From Octopus bimaculoides (taxonomy: Eukaryota): a DNA stretch of 64,000 nucleotides. Position numbers and translations under genes: made by a program. The DNA lies in NCBI RefSeq assembly GCF_001194135.2, contig NC_068985.1:85401739-85465738 (forward strand), read 5' to 3'. Every line of letters begins with the position of its first letter. The stretch's first letter is position 1. This document shows positions 1 through 13,735 of this stretch, piece by piece. The notes under the pieces are model-generated. The model worked only from the letters and a program-made list of their open reading frames with translations. It did not search any database and was not told the origin of the DNA.

Positions 1-123
1 ATATGCAGTCCTTGAAATATTATTGTGGGTTTACAATTTACTAATTCGTTGAGTGAACCCCCAAAAATCTTATATGGACCCTCAGCGGCCATATAAACCC
101 TTGTTGAGAACCACAGATGTAGA
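1..123. mobile_element. End of a hAT-type MITE
   Basis: ggaccctcagcggccatataaacccttgttgagaaccacag. The reverse complement ctgtggttctcaac resembles CAGTGGTTCTCAAC hAT TIRs. The other end is outside the window. Confidence 0.5.
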
Positions 124-474
124 CCATGTAGAGAGTTAGGGAATAGTACGAATGACAGTGGCGTTGGAGTGATTTTAGACAGCAATGACAACTGCCTGAG
201 TAGTCACTTTTTAAGAATTTTCAAGTCAAGGATCATGGATAATTTCCAAAAGAAAATTGGCTTGATAGTGTTACTGGTGGATTTGACATGTTCTGGATAA
301 ACTCTACAGACATCTGTGTGTTGCAGCTGCACATAAGTTTGTAATGCATATGCCTGTTGTCCTCATAGCAAACAGGTAGTCATGATAGGGATATTGGGTT
401 TTGTACATTTGTACCCCCAGTGTCATTTTGAGGGCATGCACTGCTCTTTCACTCAGGAGGAGGAGGAGGAGACA

Positions 475-770
475 CCCTTCGGTCATGAATGACCATGGGA
501 TTGCACCTAGAAAGTTACTCTCCGAGGCACACCATGCATACCAGCCTCCCCTCTCCACACCACTGATGTTATCCAATGGAAAGGCAAAGGGGCTGATACA
601 GCTTGGCACCAGTGATGTCGCAACTCGTTTCTACAGCTGAGTGAACTGGAGCAATGTGAAGTAAAGTGTCTTGCTCAAGAACACAACATGCAGCCCAGTC
701 CAGGAATCAAACTCACAACTTCACGATTGTAAGCTCAACGCTCTAACCACTGAGCCATGTGCCTTCACAA
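475..770 (-). mobile_element. tRNA-derived SINE with CORE/V-like central domain
   Basis: Minus-strand head tggctcagtggttagagcg (A box) ... gagtttgattcc (B box), then gtgttcttgagcaagacactttacttc. Confidence 0.8.
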
Positions 771-804
771 CAACAATAATAACAGTAATAATGATAATAA
801 TAAT

Positions 805-1012
805 AATGGTTTCGAATTTTGGCACAAGGCCAGCAATTTAGGGGAGGGGTAAGTCGATTAGATTGAGTTCAGTGCTCAACTGGTACTTATTTTAATGACC
901 CCAGAAAGGAAGAAAGGCAAAGTTGACTTTGGTTGAATTTGAACTCAGAATGTAAAGATGGACAAAATGCCACTAAGCATGCTTTTCCTTGTGTGCTAAC
1001 AATTCTGCCAGC
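805..1012 (-). mobile_element. tRNA-derived SINE (family with aagtcaactttgcctttc...aataagtaccagt domain)
   Basis: Reverse complement of the copies at 11017-11205 and 47445-47640, with a (TTA)n tail. Confidence 0.8.
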
Positions 1013-2974
1013 TTTAATAATAATAATAATAATGGTAAAATATAAATAAAAATCCCATAATTCACTTATTTCTTGTACTTACAAATATTATATGAGAATT
1101 TGGAATACCTAAAGGCTATCATTATTAACTTTCTAGAAAATTTCTTATACTGGTCAAGCAGAGCAGACTTACAACCAAAGGCTGTGGATCCATGATCAAC
1201 TCATTTTCCTGTTTTTTATATATATATATTTTTAGACATAGTGCATTTAGGGACAAATTATTAAATATGTCCTTTTTTAAAGGGAGTAGAGAGTATGGTG
1301 CGATGTGGAAAAGATTTGGTAGCTATTTTTTGCCATAGTTGGAGACAGTATTTGGAGGTACTCTCCCCAAGGCAAATTGAAAGACTGTCTCATATGCATT
1401 TCAATTTGCTGTTTTGTTTCTATGGTTGGATGCCCAGCCTAATGCCAATCACTTTTTCAGGGTGTACTGGGTGGCTTCTTTTGCATAGCACTGCACAGTG
1501 TCGTGTCCTCACCAACAGTACAGTTTAGAAAGTACGTGTGATAATAAATTTGGAAGTAACATTCCATCACAAGATAATTATTTCACATCAGAGATAATAA
1601 GAAAATGCAAAACGTATACATCAGGTGTGAAAATCTAAATTCCGGTTTCCCCACTTCTGGTACTTCTGGTAAAATGTGATAGAAATAAAGCATTCATTTG
1701 CCAAGAATCTTTTACAGTTCACAGCTTTAATCCTTAAATCGATAGGACTCTATCCAACCAATCATTTTAATGTTTAAATAGATATATACTGCCTTAGATT
1801 CGCAGGGTTGTAGGAAATGTAGAGATGCAGTGTTCCTATCATTCCTATAAGGGAAATGACAACAGTTGAGAACAAAAACATAAGCAGACAAAGCTATTTC
1901 TTTCTCCATATCATAATAAATTACATTACCTTCCTGTTTCAATCAATTTATTAAATGGATATCATAAAGTTGCACCCTACCATTTTACCACATTTTTTAT
2001 GTTTAGCTTCTCCCGCCCTCGCTATTATTCTCTGCTATTAAAATGAATTCTTTCCATAAATTAGTTCACAAGTATAGATGAAAGAGCTTCAAATATTCTT
2101 TGTGGAAAATAGCAGGTAATGAACAGTTTTAATAATTCTAAAGCCTTTCAGGTCCTATTTAGATTGTTAATATTTTAGATTCTTGTGAATAAATTTAATA
2201 TACTGCAGTGAGCAATTTAATCCTGAAAAAATGGTTAGTTCTGATGCTGGTTAATGAATAAAGAGATAAATAGTGTTTATAGAGTACTACAGCAACTGAA
2301 TGCCAGTAAGAGAGGTGACTCTTGAAAGAACAAATTCAAAATGATGAACCAATAATTTAGAATGATGAATCTTGATATTATGAAGCATAAAGATATCTAA
2401 ATAACTCTGAAAATAAACTTAGAGAGTTTGAGATCAACTGAAAGAGCTATCTTCTATATTTCTATGTATAAAAATAAAAGAAAAAAGCTGTGTTATTGCA
2501 TGTTGTCAGAACACATTGATGTAGAAAAGTTGAGGTGGAGAAGGAAGCAATACATGGAGAAGAGTAGAGTATTTGTAGGAAACGGGTGGAAGATGCATGT
2601 TAATGTCAATAACTCTGAAGAATGTGCTATGTTTTAAAGTCACAAGAGGAGAGTCTATGTACATCCATTTTGGTTTTCATAATATTTGCATAGTTCATAT
2701 TTGCATTTGATTTGCAAGATTCTTGATGTGAATTTGTGTGTTTAGAGAAATACTATTGAACCTTGAGAGGGGGGGCATTATGCTGGTAATAATAAGCACA
2801 CACACTGTTTCGGTCCTTTATTGTTATTGTTAGTTAATAGGTTAGTTACTCTGTTAACCAGTTTATCGATTAGCTGTTTTTTACTAGTTTTTCACAATCA
2901 TATGTTAAACAATTTGGTCAAACAGTTAATCGTTCAAATGTCCAGTATTGTTAGTGTTTTATTTATTTTTTTTT

Positions 2975-3018
2975 GTCAAATAATTATTTCATTGCATTGT
3001 TGCAATCTCTTCAGTGAC
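2975..3018 (-). ncRNA. Minimal type-I hammerhead ribozyme motif (left inverted arm)
   Basis: Exact reverse-complement copy of the 4271-4314 core. Stem I extends to 5 bp (TGTCA/TGACA). Confidence 0.7.
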
Positions 3019-3370
3019 ATGTCTCTCTCTTCTTCCATTTCTTTTGAACTTCTGTTCCAGCATTGCGATTTGTCCGAGGTCTGTCCGAGATGAGTAAGTG
3101 AGTGTACATAAGTGTGTGGTGTGAGTGTGTGTTTTACATACTATGTCATTTTTCATATACATGAGATGGCGGTTTTGGTTTTCGCTTTATTTTCTTTGCA
3201 AACGCACACGTTCATCCATATAACGTTTCTCTCAAAGACAGTTAAACTGTCTTCTTTGTTTGATAAATGTTTACTATCAGGTCAATAATATGCAAAACAT
3301 ACTCCTTCAGAAAACCCACATGTGTAGAGGAGGACTGTGTAGTGTGCAAATATAACCCAGCAAAACCAGA

Positions 3371-3658
3371 AATGTGGTTTACCGAATGAACTGCATGGAT
3401 GTTAATTGTAAAAGCCAGAAGACTGCATCCATAGGTGAAATGGCGAGAAGTTTGGCCAAGCATATAAATGAGCATTAGAGGGAATATGGAGATCAAAGAC
3501 AAGCCATGATACTCTACCAGCATGCCAAAACACAACATGGTGGTGTGCTCAACCGAATTAGCATAGAAATCCTGTCTAGACACCTGGACAACTCATCGCT
3601 ATGACAGATACGAGAGTCAGTCTTGATCAACGAAACATGACCAGTTTTGAATAGTAAA
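3371..3658 (+). pseudogene. GIY-YIG endonuclease remnant of the Penelope-like element
   Basis: One frame reads NVVYRMNCMDVNCKSQKTASIGEMARSLAKHINEH*REY...LYQHAKTQH...IEILSRH...*QIRESVLINET*PVLNSK. This matches the PLE pattern VVY-C-C-YIGET-R-EH-H-H-E-LN, with three stops. Confidence 0.85.
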
Positions 3659-4270
3659 TACTCTCATTAGGCAGATGCCTTACAAAAACCCATGGACTCA
3701 CACACACACACACACATGCAATGACAAACAAGGACACAGACATGCCCTCAAGACCACATATACGCATACACACAGAAACATGCATACAGAAGTACACTTG
3801 AACACACAAACACAGAGGAACTCACACACATATGAATGCAAACACATACATACAAACACACACACACACACACAGATATAAAACACACTGAAACACAGAT
3901 ACACACTCACACACATGTACACACAAACACAGACACACAGGCCCTCCCATACACACAAGGACACACTCACGCATGCTCATGCTAATGCACAGATAGATAT
4001 CAATTTATTCAACATTTATCAAACAAAGAAGATGGTTTAACTGTCTTTGAGAGAAACATTATATGGATGAACGTGTGCGTTTGCAAAGAAAACAAAGAGA
4101 AAACCAAAACTGCTTTCTTATGTATATGAAAAATGACATAGTATTTAAAACATACACTCACACACACAGATGCACACACTTATGCACACTCACATACTCA
4201 TCTCGGACAGACCTCAGACAAATCGCAATGCTGGAACATAAGTTCAAAAGAAATGGAAGAAGAGAGACGC

Positions 4271-4314
4271 GTCACTGAAGAGATTGCAACAATGCAATGA
4301 AATAATTATTTGAC
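4271..4314 (+). ncRNA. Minimal type-I hammerhead ribozyme motif (right pLTR arm)
   Basis: GTCA-CTGAAGA-g-ATTGC aacaat GCAAT-GAAA-TAATTAT-T-TGAC. Stem I is GTCA/TGAC, stem II is 5 bp, stem III is the palindrome AATAATTATT, and the cleavage triplet is AUU. One unpaired G sits at the base of stem II. Confidence 0.7.
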
Positions 4315-6261
4315 AAAAAAAAATGACAACGCTAACAACACTGAACATTTGAACGATTAACTGTTTGACCAAATTGTTTAACATATGAGTTTGAAAAACT
4401 AGTAAAAAACAGCTAATTGATAAACTGGTTAAAGGAGTAACTAACCCATTAACTAACAATAAAGGACCGAAACAGCATGTGTGTTTATCATTTCAGACAT
4501 AATCCCCCCCCCTCTCAGGGTTCAATAATATTTGCGTAGTTTACTGCAAGTTAAAAAGATGCAATGACTAAACTGAAAGCTCATGATGGGAACAAGAATA
4601 ATAAATCCAGCAGAGTTAGACTGTTACTTGTCTCTATAATATGGAAGTGTTTGGATTCCTTGATGAATGTGGAAACTCCTGAAAGTCTAGGACTTGTCCC
4701 ATCATCTTTAGTAAAAATTGAATTATTTCTTAACACATTTAGTGTTATATCTGGCATGATGACATCGACTTAGACTTATAAGAAACCTGTTCACCAATGT
4801 AAAAAAAAAAAAGATTTATAGTAACTTGTAGATTTCTTTTGATGCACTTACTTTGCTGGATGTATTCTACAGCCACCCTGGGGCAGTTGTGTCATTGAAA
4901 AATATCTTGCATAAATATGAATTCAAGTTTGCAATTCTTGAATGGATTTTTCAATGCTTGTTTTGCCATACTATCTGATTTCAGGTTATATGCTGGTGTT
5001 TTTTGCAAGCGAATTACAGAATTGCTTTTAAGTGACATATTCAGCACCATTTTTAGAGATTAAAGTATTTGTAACAGCAAATCTTGAGAATATTTCAACT
5101 AAATTGTGCTTTACTCATTACTCCTGTTAGAACAATGAAAAGCTTCACTCCACAAGTAAAATTATCAACACCATAAACAAAGCATAAGTCATATAGATAA
5201 TCTATCACAATAAAATTGTATGAAAAATTAGCAAATAATAATTCCCTTCATCTTCAAATCAGATCTGGCAGAATTGATCAAGTTTTGCACTGATAAATTA
5301 ATATTAAATTGATAGTATTTGAAGAAATATGGAAGAACTGAACAGAATGTGTTGTTATTTTTGTTCAAATTGGAACATTTTTAATTTGATCAAGATCTAT
5401 TTAATTTCCATGTGAAGTTTCAACGAAATTATAGACAGGCACTGAGAGTAACATTTGGTAAAGTGGCATAGCTCACTTATGAGACTTGAATTTGAAAGCC
5501 AGATCATTTATTAGTAGCTTTAACCACAATTATGACACTTGATACATAAATACTTTTGCAATTGCTGTTGTCTGTAATTGATTATTGATCAGCGAAGGTT
5601 TTACTGTTTCTTTCAAAAAACATTTTTGCTTGCAAAGAAATTTTCTTCATCAAGATTTGTTTTTAATTTAGCAAATGATGTTTCTGCTTATGATATTCAG
5701 TTACCATATCCTAAATCTGGATGAGAGTGAATGAAATCCAACACCTTCATTTTTTTTTATGTCCAAAGAACTTAATCCTGATCTGAAAACCAGTCTGTTT
5801 CTTGCTCAGGGTTTTCTTTAAATTGATTCAATTTACAAAATGCTGGTTATTTGGGAATTTATTCATAAAATAAATCATCCATTGACTCATTGTCACATTT
5901 CATTCCAGTAATTTCAATCTCTCATCTATTATTAACTTTTCATTGGGTTTAACTAATTTCTCTCATTTCTTTTGTGCTTCTGAAATTATGTGGTTTCTAT
6001 ATTTTTCAGGAAAAGCTTGTCATAGTTTTCACAATGGCCTTAGTGCCACGTGTTGACAAGAATAGCTGAATTTCTCTGTTTTTTTTTTTTTTTACACTAT
6101 CTAATAACTTTTTAGCTTCTGAATGCACTAACTAAGCCATGGTTTCTGAGTTATTCCAAGTAAGTTTTTTCAATATTTTCATTGCCAATTTGTTGTTTTA
6201 AAGGTTCAAATGGCACACCTGTGTCCATCCTCTTCCTAGCCAATATTTTCAAAGCTTCTTT

Positions 6262-6545
6262 CAGCGCCCCAACCCAATTGGCTCCTGTGCCGGTGGCATG
6301 TAAAAAGCACCATCCAAACATGGCCGATGCCAGTGCTACATAACTGGCTTCCATGCCAGTGGCATGTAAAAGCACCCACTACACTCTCAGAGTGGTTGGT
6401 GTTAAGAAGGGCATCCAGCTGTAGAAACATTGCCGGATCAGATTGGAGTTTGGTGTGGCCTCTTGGCTTGCCAGTCCACAGTCAAACCGTCCAACCCATG
6501 CCAGCATGGAAAGCGGACGTTAAACGACGACGACGATGATGATGG
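6262..6545 (+). mobile_element. RTE 3'UTR-only copy (or partner SINE tail)
   Basis: gtaaaagcacccactacactctcagagtggttggtgttaagaagggcatccagctgtagaa...ggacgttaaacgacgacgacgatgat. Related copies lie near 8490-8710, 25700-25900 (-), 37650-37810, 41930-42080 (-), 49860-50010 and 55935-56185. Confidence 0.85.
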
Positions 6546-7240
6546 ATTGCTAGCTGTTGAAAGACAAAATAACAGATAGGCTTATCCCAACCTATAACTT
6601 GCAATAACTACACTGAAAACAAATAGGATGACAGCCATAATATGTCCATTGAAGATATATCAAAATGTAGAAAGTGAACAACTAAAGTACAGCTGTGGAA
6701 ATAGGCATTTGATTATCAACCCAACCCCTTCCTCATTCCCTCACCAATCAGTACTAAATAAGTGAGCTATTATGTGTTATTAATTAACAAAAATAATTTT
6801 ATATTGCATCTGGTGATCAATAGTATTGTTGGTTACAAGTTTCCCATAGGCCTATTACAGGTTCATTGCATCTTTGACAGTGTGTGTGTGATAAAGGGTT
6901 CGTGTGTGCAATTTGGATAGAACAAATACTATACAGGGTATTTATATATGAAGGTATTGGTTTGGTGAAAAAGTATTGATTATCCCATGTCTATAGTAGA
7001 TACTTGGTCAATGTGCTGCACAGAGGCTCACAGAGACTGGAATTACATGGTCGAGGAGGTAACTTCTTAGCCGTACAGCCATGCTTGTTTCCATTGATTA
7101 TTAACACTCTTGAGGAGAGGTTAGTCTACTGAATATAAAGATTAAAGATGACCTGCAACATGAATAAAACTGGTAGGAACTGATGACCCATGTTAGTATG
7201 GAAATTAACGATTCTGCTAAATTTATGTAAATTGGATATT

Positions 7241-7289
<49 letters not shown>

Positions 7290-10200
7290 ATATGTGTGTG
7301 TGTATGTGTGTGTGTGTGTGAGTGTACACATTCAAAATTTGTATAATTCAAGAAGAAAACTCAGATTTATAACAAAGTGTAGGGAAAGATATAAAACAAA
7401 GTAATAAAATGCAAACTGCAAATTCAGTGCAACACCATTTTAATATCATTAAGATTACTTCTAGAATTTCTAAGCAGAAAAGCTACTGTGATGTCGTTTC
7501 AAGACAGATTGAGGATAAAAAGTGCAGTTGTCCACATTTGTTAGGGTTTGGATTATTTACTTTGGAAAAGTAAAGGCTTAGATAATCTATTAAATACCTG
7601 TTGTCTGATGTGAGGTGATATTAGTTTTATAATCTCAGAAGAACTGAAATATGTTGAATTCTATTACAATTTGTTTCCAAATTTGCTAATTACATGGAAA
7701 TTCCTAAAATTTGCTTTATTTTCCTTCAGTTACTTATAAATGTTGAAGATTTCTTCAGTTTGATTTGATTGTCAATTAACTGTAAGGTAAATTAGCACAT
7801 TCCATAAGGTATCATTTAAGAGACTTTCTGTTGCTACACACATGGTAGTTGTGCAGCTGGATAAGATACCAGCTTCATGCTGACAGATTATTCATATCTG
7901 CCACAGGTCGTTGCCTTATGTTTATTTATTGTGTTCACTTAATTATAATTAATTAAGCTGAAAAATAGGTACCAGTAATACTGTATTTGATTACACTCAA
8001 CTAGTGTCCAAAACAGGAAGAGATTTGTCTACAGTGGGGGGGGGGACAAAAGAACTTCCTTTATAATGTCTTAGACATGTGATCACTCAACCTGCTAGAA
8101 GCGACAGCAGAATGTGTAACAACTCATACAGTATTGTTTTGGGAGAGGGGGACATATTGGATTGTGTGGTATTAGATACACAATGCCTGAATAAAGGATA
8201 TGGGGACTCACTGCTGGAATGTAATTGTGCTTTATCAGGGATCACCGGAAGCTATTCAACAAATCCTCAGATTCACGATAATATTTACTTTTAATTCTTA
8301 AAGTAAAAGGCATACAAGGAGTTTCAGTATAATAATTTTTTTCATGTTTTCTCTCATTCTATATTAGAGAGTTTTGTGGTTTATTGTAGGAGAAGGTCTT
8401 TACTCATATGCTAACCTCTCATCTAGCACAAAGTTACCTTTCTCCAAAGTACACAGCCCTCAGCTAAGGGGTCTTGTCTAGTAAGTTATTTAGTGGCCTC
8501 ACTGCCGCTGGTGCCTCATAAAAAAGCACTGAGTACATTCTGTAAAGTGGTTGGCATATTAGGAAGGGCTTTCAGCCACAGAAACAATGCTAAAGCAAAC
8601 AGTAGAGCTTGGATCAGTCTTCTGACTTTCCTGCTCCAATCAAACTGTCCAACCCATGTTTGCTTGAAAAACAGACATTAAATGATGAAGATGATGAGGA
8701 TGATGACGTCATTGTCAAGAAACATAGCCTTTTTGGATATTAACCTACTTGAAATTGTCTGTAATAAGGGGTTTTAGATTTAAATTAAAACCTTTCATTA
8801 TAATTTTATGTGAGAACCTTTTTATGTTCAAAATACAATTTTAATAAAGACAAAAGTTAATTATGTTACTGAATCTCTCAAAATTTTGGATTATTTGCAA
8901 AATTAAGGAAAGCATTTTCATTAGAAAGAAGTATGGTAGCGAAAGAGTTGAGAAGAAAAATTAAAAAAACAAAAAAAAAAACGCCATACTGTAAGATATA
9001 ATATTCAATGTTTTTCTTCCAATAAAATGCACTTTTAGATTCCCTCTTTGACCGCTTCTATTTGTGAAACTATATTAGTTTCTCATCATTTGGCTGTCAT
9101 ATGGAAGATTCAGTGATATTGCATTTCCCTTAATATTTGTACAGACTACCTTTGTTAGAAGCCTTCTTTTGTAATCACTCATGCACTCATTCCCTGACCA
9201 ACCATTCAGACGAACTTTATGGGTTTTTTGTGTTTTCCTTATTTTTCACTGAATCTCATTATTCACTTGCTTGACATCATTTTTATAACAGTATCTTATA
9301 TCTTAAAGCAATAATACACTGTTCCAGAAAACTGCTACTACTAACTAGTTTCAATAGAAACTAGCATTCTTCAACAGCAATATGTTTCTCTGTCAAGTAT
9401 ATACTCTCTCTCTCTCTCTCTCTCCCCACATACACATTGTGCATTCATTATTAACAAGTGCGTCAAACAACTTCACTAATTACTAACCGGTTCATATCAT
9501 TATATAACTTACATTTCATTCTTTATTAGTTAATTTGTTATTAAGATGTTTTTGTCACCTCTACCCTGCCAAACCTTTTTGTCCTCATTAACACCTCTTA
9601 GTTTTTTTGTTTTTTTTTTACTGCATACATTAATGAGACAATACTTTTTTTTTTTCCCAATCATGATTTCTTGAATATATCTTCAGACATTCACTTTCAA
9701 GTTATTATCGGACACTTATTCTATTGATTGCATTGTTGTTTTCAATGCATTTATTCTGAATGAACATATCTTCTGTTGACAAAGATATATGTCTGTACAA
9801 TTTCAGTTCAAATTGGAATTACGCTGTACAGCTATATGCTACAGCAAGAGATCTGGAGGCTTTCAACCATGTTCTCTAGCATCTGAATCGTATTAGTAAT
9901 GAAAATACATTACTTGCACAAATCTCTATCAACTTCACTGGTCTCATTGGTGTTGGATGGCCTGTGAAGGCTGTGAGTACAGATCCTTCTTCGGCCAGGT
10001 CAATAAAAAAAAAAAAGAAATCAAAATATTCATTAGTTGCTGTTGCTTTTAGCTTCAGGCCAACTCTAATTGAACAGACCTATGATAAAGAGCATTCAAG
10101 AAGGCAGAGTGTGGGTTAAGAAAGATTTGGCTGCTATTTCTAGTAGGCAGACTGATCACGTAGAGACTCTTCATAGGCTTCAATGTATTGAGTCTAGACT

Positions 10201-11016
10201 GGGGATACATTTATGTTCAGTATCTAAATATAGTTCTTACTCATCCTGTTTATGTGTAAACAACTACAAATGATGAAGTTCACAGATTTTGAACTCTTAA
10301 ATGGTACCATGCTGTGCTTTTAACCAGGATAGCTATCAAGAGCCTGGTTCAGCCAAATTGTAGATTAAGACAGGCTGATAGAATTGCATCGTATAAAACT
10401 GTTGAGTGCATTATTGATTTACATTTCTGAGACCAACTTCTTTTTATGGCACTGGATTACACTGGCCTTGCTTATACATCCAATATATCCTTAATATTTT
10501 TTGAAGACACTAGGGTGTGATATGACAGGAATTGGCTTTTATTTTGGTGGGTGACCTGAATGCCTAGAGGCTTCCTTGATGGCTTGTAGGTTTAAAAGAT
10601 GGAACGGTGACAATTTGTCTTCATCCAGAAATAGAAATTAATTTGGTGTGTAACAGAAATTATAATAAATTTATTGTAAAATCTTGTACTTAACTACAGA
10701 GACAAAATCTTGTAATGGGGCTCTGGGAGAATCTTGGTAATACATTTTGGAAATAATGGCATGGGACAAAGAGATCCTGCTGGGGGAGGAAAGAGCACTT
10801 CCAAATATATTTTTTTTAATATTTTGGAAGAAGGGGCTGTTACAGAAATTTTAGACTGACCATTAATGCAAATTCTGAAGTAAAGAAACTCTGATATGTA
10901 AAAAAAAAAAAAAAGTATGGATCACAGTTTACTATCAAGAACACTCTGAGTGAGCAAACCGAAAATCAAGACACTCTTGTCATGGCCACCCGATGATGAT
11001 GATAAGTACTGAAATT

Positions 11017-11205
11017 GGTGGCGAGCTGGCAGAAACGTTAGCATGCCAGGTGAAATGCCTAGCGATATTTCGTCTGTCCTAACATTCTGAGTTCAAATTC
11101 CACCAAGGTTGGCTTTGCCTTTCATCCTTCCAGGGTCGATAAATTAAGTACCAGTTGTGTACTGGTATCGATCTAATTGACTGGCCCCCTCCCCCCAAAA
11201 TTTCG
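11017..11205 (+). mobile_element. tRNA-derived SINE, same family
   Basis: ggcgagctggcagaaacgttagca...gagttcaaattcc...gcctttcatccttccagggtcgataaattaagtaccagtt. From memory the central domain resembles Sauria/MetaSINE (unverified). Partial copies lie near 21310, 24860, 25320 and 59930. Confidence 0.8.
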
Positions 11206-13493
11206 AGAAGAAAAGAATATAGTACTGAAATTTTCTGATATGTCCTCCCATTTTCCAAAAGTAGTAGGGTGTGATTTGAATGAGCTTTGGATGCTATTTC
11301 TTGTAGGCTGAGTTCAGAGGTTCCCTCATTAGGTTGAATGTGGATCAGTAAACGAATGCGATAAATAAGAAGTTTCAATATTTGCTTCTTGGCTCAGAAA
11401 TCATGGTTCATTCAAAACAAAGAATAAATGATAAAACGGGAAAGTTTTTAATGTGTTTGTCAACTTCGAGAATAGTTAAGATTTGATTGGTACATTAAGG
11501 TAGGAAAACTACACAACCCCCCCCACCACCACCTCCACTACAATCATCACCACAACTAATAATCTGATAAACAAAAACAAACAAAAAATTACAAACTTTT
11601 CAAAACCAACAGCAACATAAATATAGACAACAATATAAAAAAACATACACAGACTTCATTTTGACAAGTGAAATTGCACCTACATTTTACGCAGGGGCGT
11701 ATATTCCAGGTGTGCCAGGTATGCACCGGACACCCATTGAAAATGGCATGTTCATTATAAACATTAGCCTTACTCGTTAATTTAATCACAAACCAGAATG
11801 AATAACTTTTGTTATAACCCTGCTTGAAATTTGGTGGTGGGTGTCCTTAAATAATACCTCACAGCGCTTTGTATCATAATATGGTACTGTGCAAAACATA
11901 GGATAATGGGAGAATTGCAAAAAATTAATGGTGAACGGTGTGTGAAAGCTTTGACAGCAGTGTTGCTTGTTTGTTTTTGTGGTGTTAAGTTGTTCACTTA
12001 AATTAATTTAAGATTCCTAAACTAAAACCAATTTTTTTACAATATTTTTTTCCTTACAACATCATCGTATAACTTTGATCTTAATTTGTCTGCAAAACTA
12101 ATAATACACTTTTAGAAGCCAGAAACAAAACTCAGATCAAATTCTGGCAATGTCAGTGCACCAAACACTACAATTTTGGGACAGTATCAGCCGTTTTGTT
12201 GTTAGTCACTGAAAACACTTCAATGTGAAAGGTTGTGTGTTGATATTTCGCTCAGTGAATTTTGTGATTTTCTTAGTTGTGTGTTTAAGCATTTGATATA
12301 AAATTCAATTAGTGTTGATCTTAAATGCTTTTACAGTCACAGAAATGCGCACTTTTAATTTAATTTTCAGTGATTAGTAACAAAATTTAAGTTAATGTTA
12401 GTAGTATGGTCAGTGTTGAGCAACACCACCATACACCACTGACTTGACTGTCTTAAACAGAGGCGAATATATTGGACAGAGCCGCCAGTAGTATAGTTGA
12501 GTGAATTGATGTGAGAATAAAAAAAGATGGAAGAGTCGTGGTTGGAAAGCCTTTAGTGTGAAGTCTGATTGATCAGAGATGACCTGAGGCTAAATAGCAA
12601 TCACAAACAAAAGGAAAATAATATCCATGAAGAAATTTGTTTGATCCATCAGAGAAAAATTCTTTTCTTGTCCTTCATTGAGATCAAGGAGAAAGTTTGA
12701 AAATAAAATCAATTTAAAAAGATCAATAATTAGTGTGACAGTCAGTGAAGATGTCCTACATTTGTTATTTGATAATTAGTTGTTTTGACCTACTCTTTAT
12801 ACAAACATGGCAGAATTCTTTAAAATGAGGTCTGTATATGTCTTTGTTGTTGTTTTGTTTTCTATCACATTTACTTTTTCTTTACATTAAATGGGAAAAA
12901 AAAATTGAAACATTTGTTTTAACCTTAATACACAAGTAGAAGATTTAGGTGTGTGTTTCTGTGAGAGAAAGAATATGTGAGTATGGAAGAGAGAGAGGGA
13001 GAGAGGGAGAGAGAGATAGTATATGAGTGTATAACCTGAGACTGCATGATATGGAAAGGAAAACAAGAATATTTATGAGAGAAAAATGATGAAAGATGCC
13101 AGGATGAAATTAATAGTAACAATTACTGATGAAAATAGTAAATGAAAAACCATAGCCAAAAATTGAAAGAATATTTAAAGGGTGAATTTTTTTTCTAATT
13201 AATCTTGTGCTAAGAAACAAACAAATTATTACAGGAGCTATTAAAAAGAGTGTGTATTAAAGTGTTAATTTTCTTTCAAGTAGCAATAGTGTGAATCTCC
13301 TTTTGGAGAAAGAGCAGAAAAATTTGAGCCACGAAAGATGTAATAGAACTGTATTGCTAATAACTGTTAGGATACATCTACCTGGACACAAATTAACAAA
13401 AATAGTGGCATGATGGCTGAAACAAAGATATTTGTAGAGACCTTAGGAAATTTGACACAATTTTCTCATTCTAATGGGTCATAAATGATACAG

Positions 13494-13549
<56 letters not shown>

Positions 13550-13677
13550 NNNNNNNNNNNNNNNNNNNNNNNNNNNNNNNNNNNNNNNNNNNNNNNNNNN
13601 NNNNNNNNNNNNNNNNNNNNNNNNNNNNNNNNNNNNNNNNNNNNNNNNNNNNNNNNNNNNNNNNNNNNNNNNNNNNN

Positions 13678-13735
<58 letters not shown>

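Larger units (their letters stand above)
2748..4533 (+). mobile_element. Penelope-like element, 5'-truncated, with inverted pseudo-LTR arms (fold-back)
   Basis: 2748-3271 is the reverse complement of 4011-4533 (about 520 bp, high identity by eye). The spacer holds a GIY-YIG remnant and a (CA)-rich tract. Each arm carries a hammerhead motif. Confidence 0.85.
1850..6260 (+). pseudogene. Possible second decayed LRR/TLR-like gene, split by the Penelope fold-back
   Basis: Fragments FLSPYHNKLHYLP, KAFQVLFRLLIF*ILVNKF, GLVPSSLVKIELFLNTF, RITELLLSD, KHFCLQRNFL and a TM-exit-like FIANLLF*RFKWH occur in plausible order, but are very degenerate. Confidence 0.22.

Noticed and set aside
9683-9715. Minus-strand ...NLKVNV* as a possible PDZ-type terminus
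   Set aside because: An in-frame stop lies 10 codons upstream and there is no acceptor.
9000-9990. LRR-like peptides (IPSLTASICETILVSHHL; DLEAFNHVL*HLNRIS)
   Set aside because: Too short and scattered to separate from AT-rich background.
11689-11730. caggggcgtatattccaggtgtgcc resembling a MITE terminus (similarly cagaggtgggca at about 57977)
   Set aside because: No matching second terminus was found.
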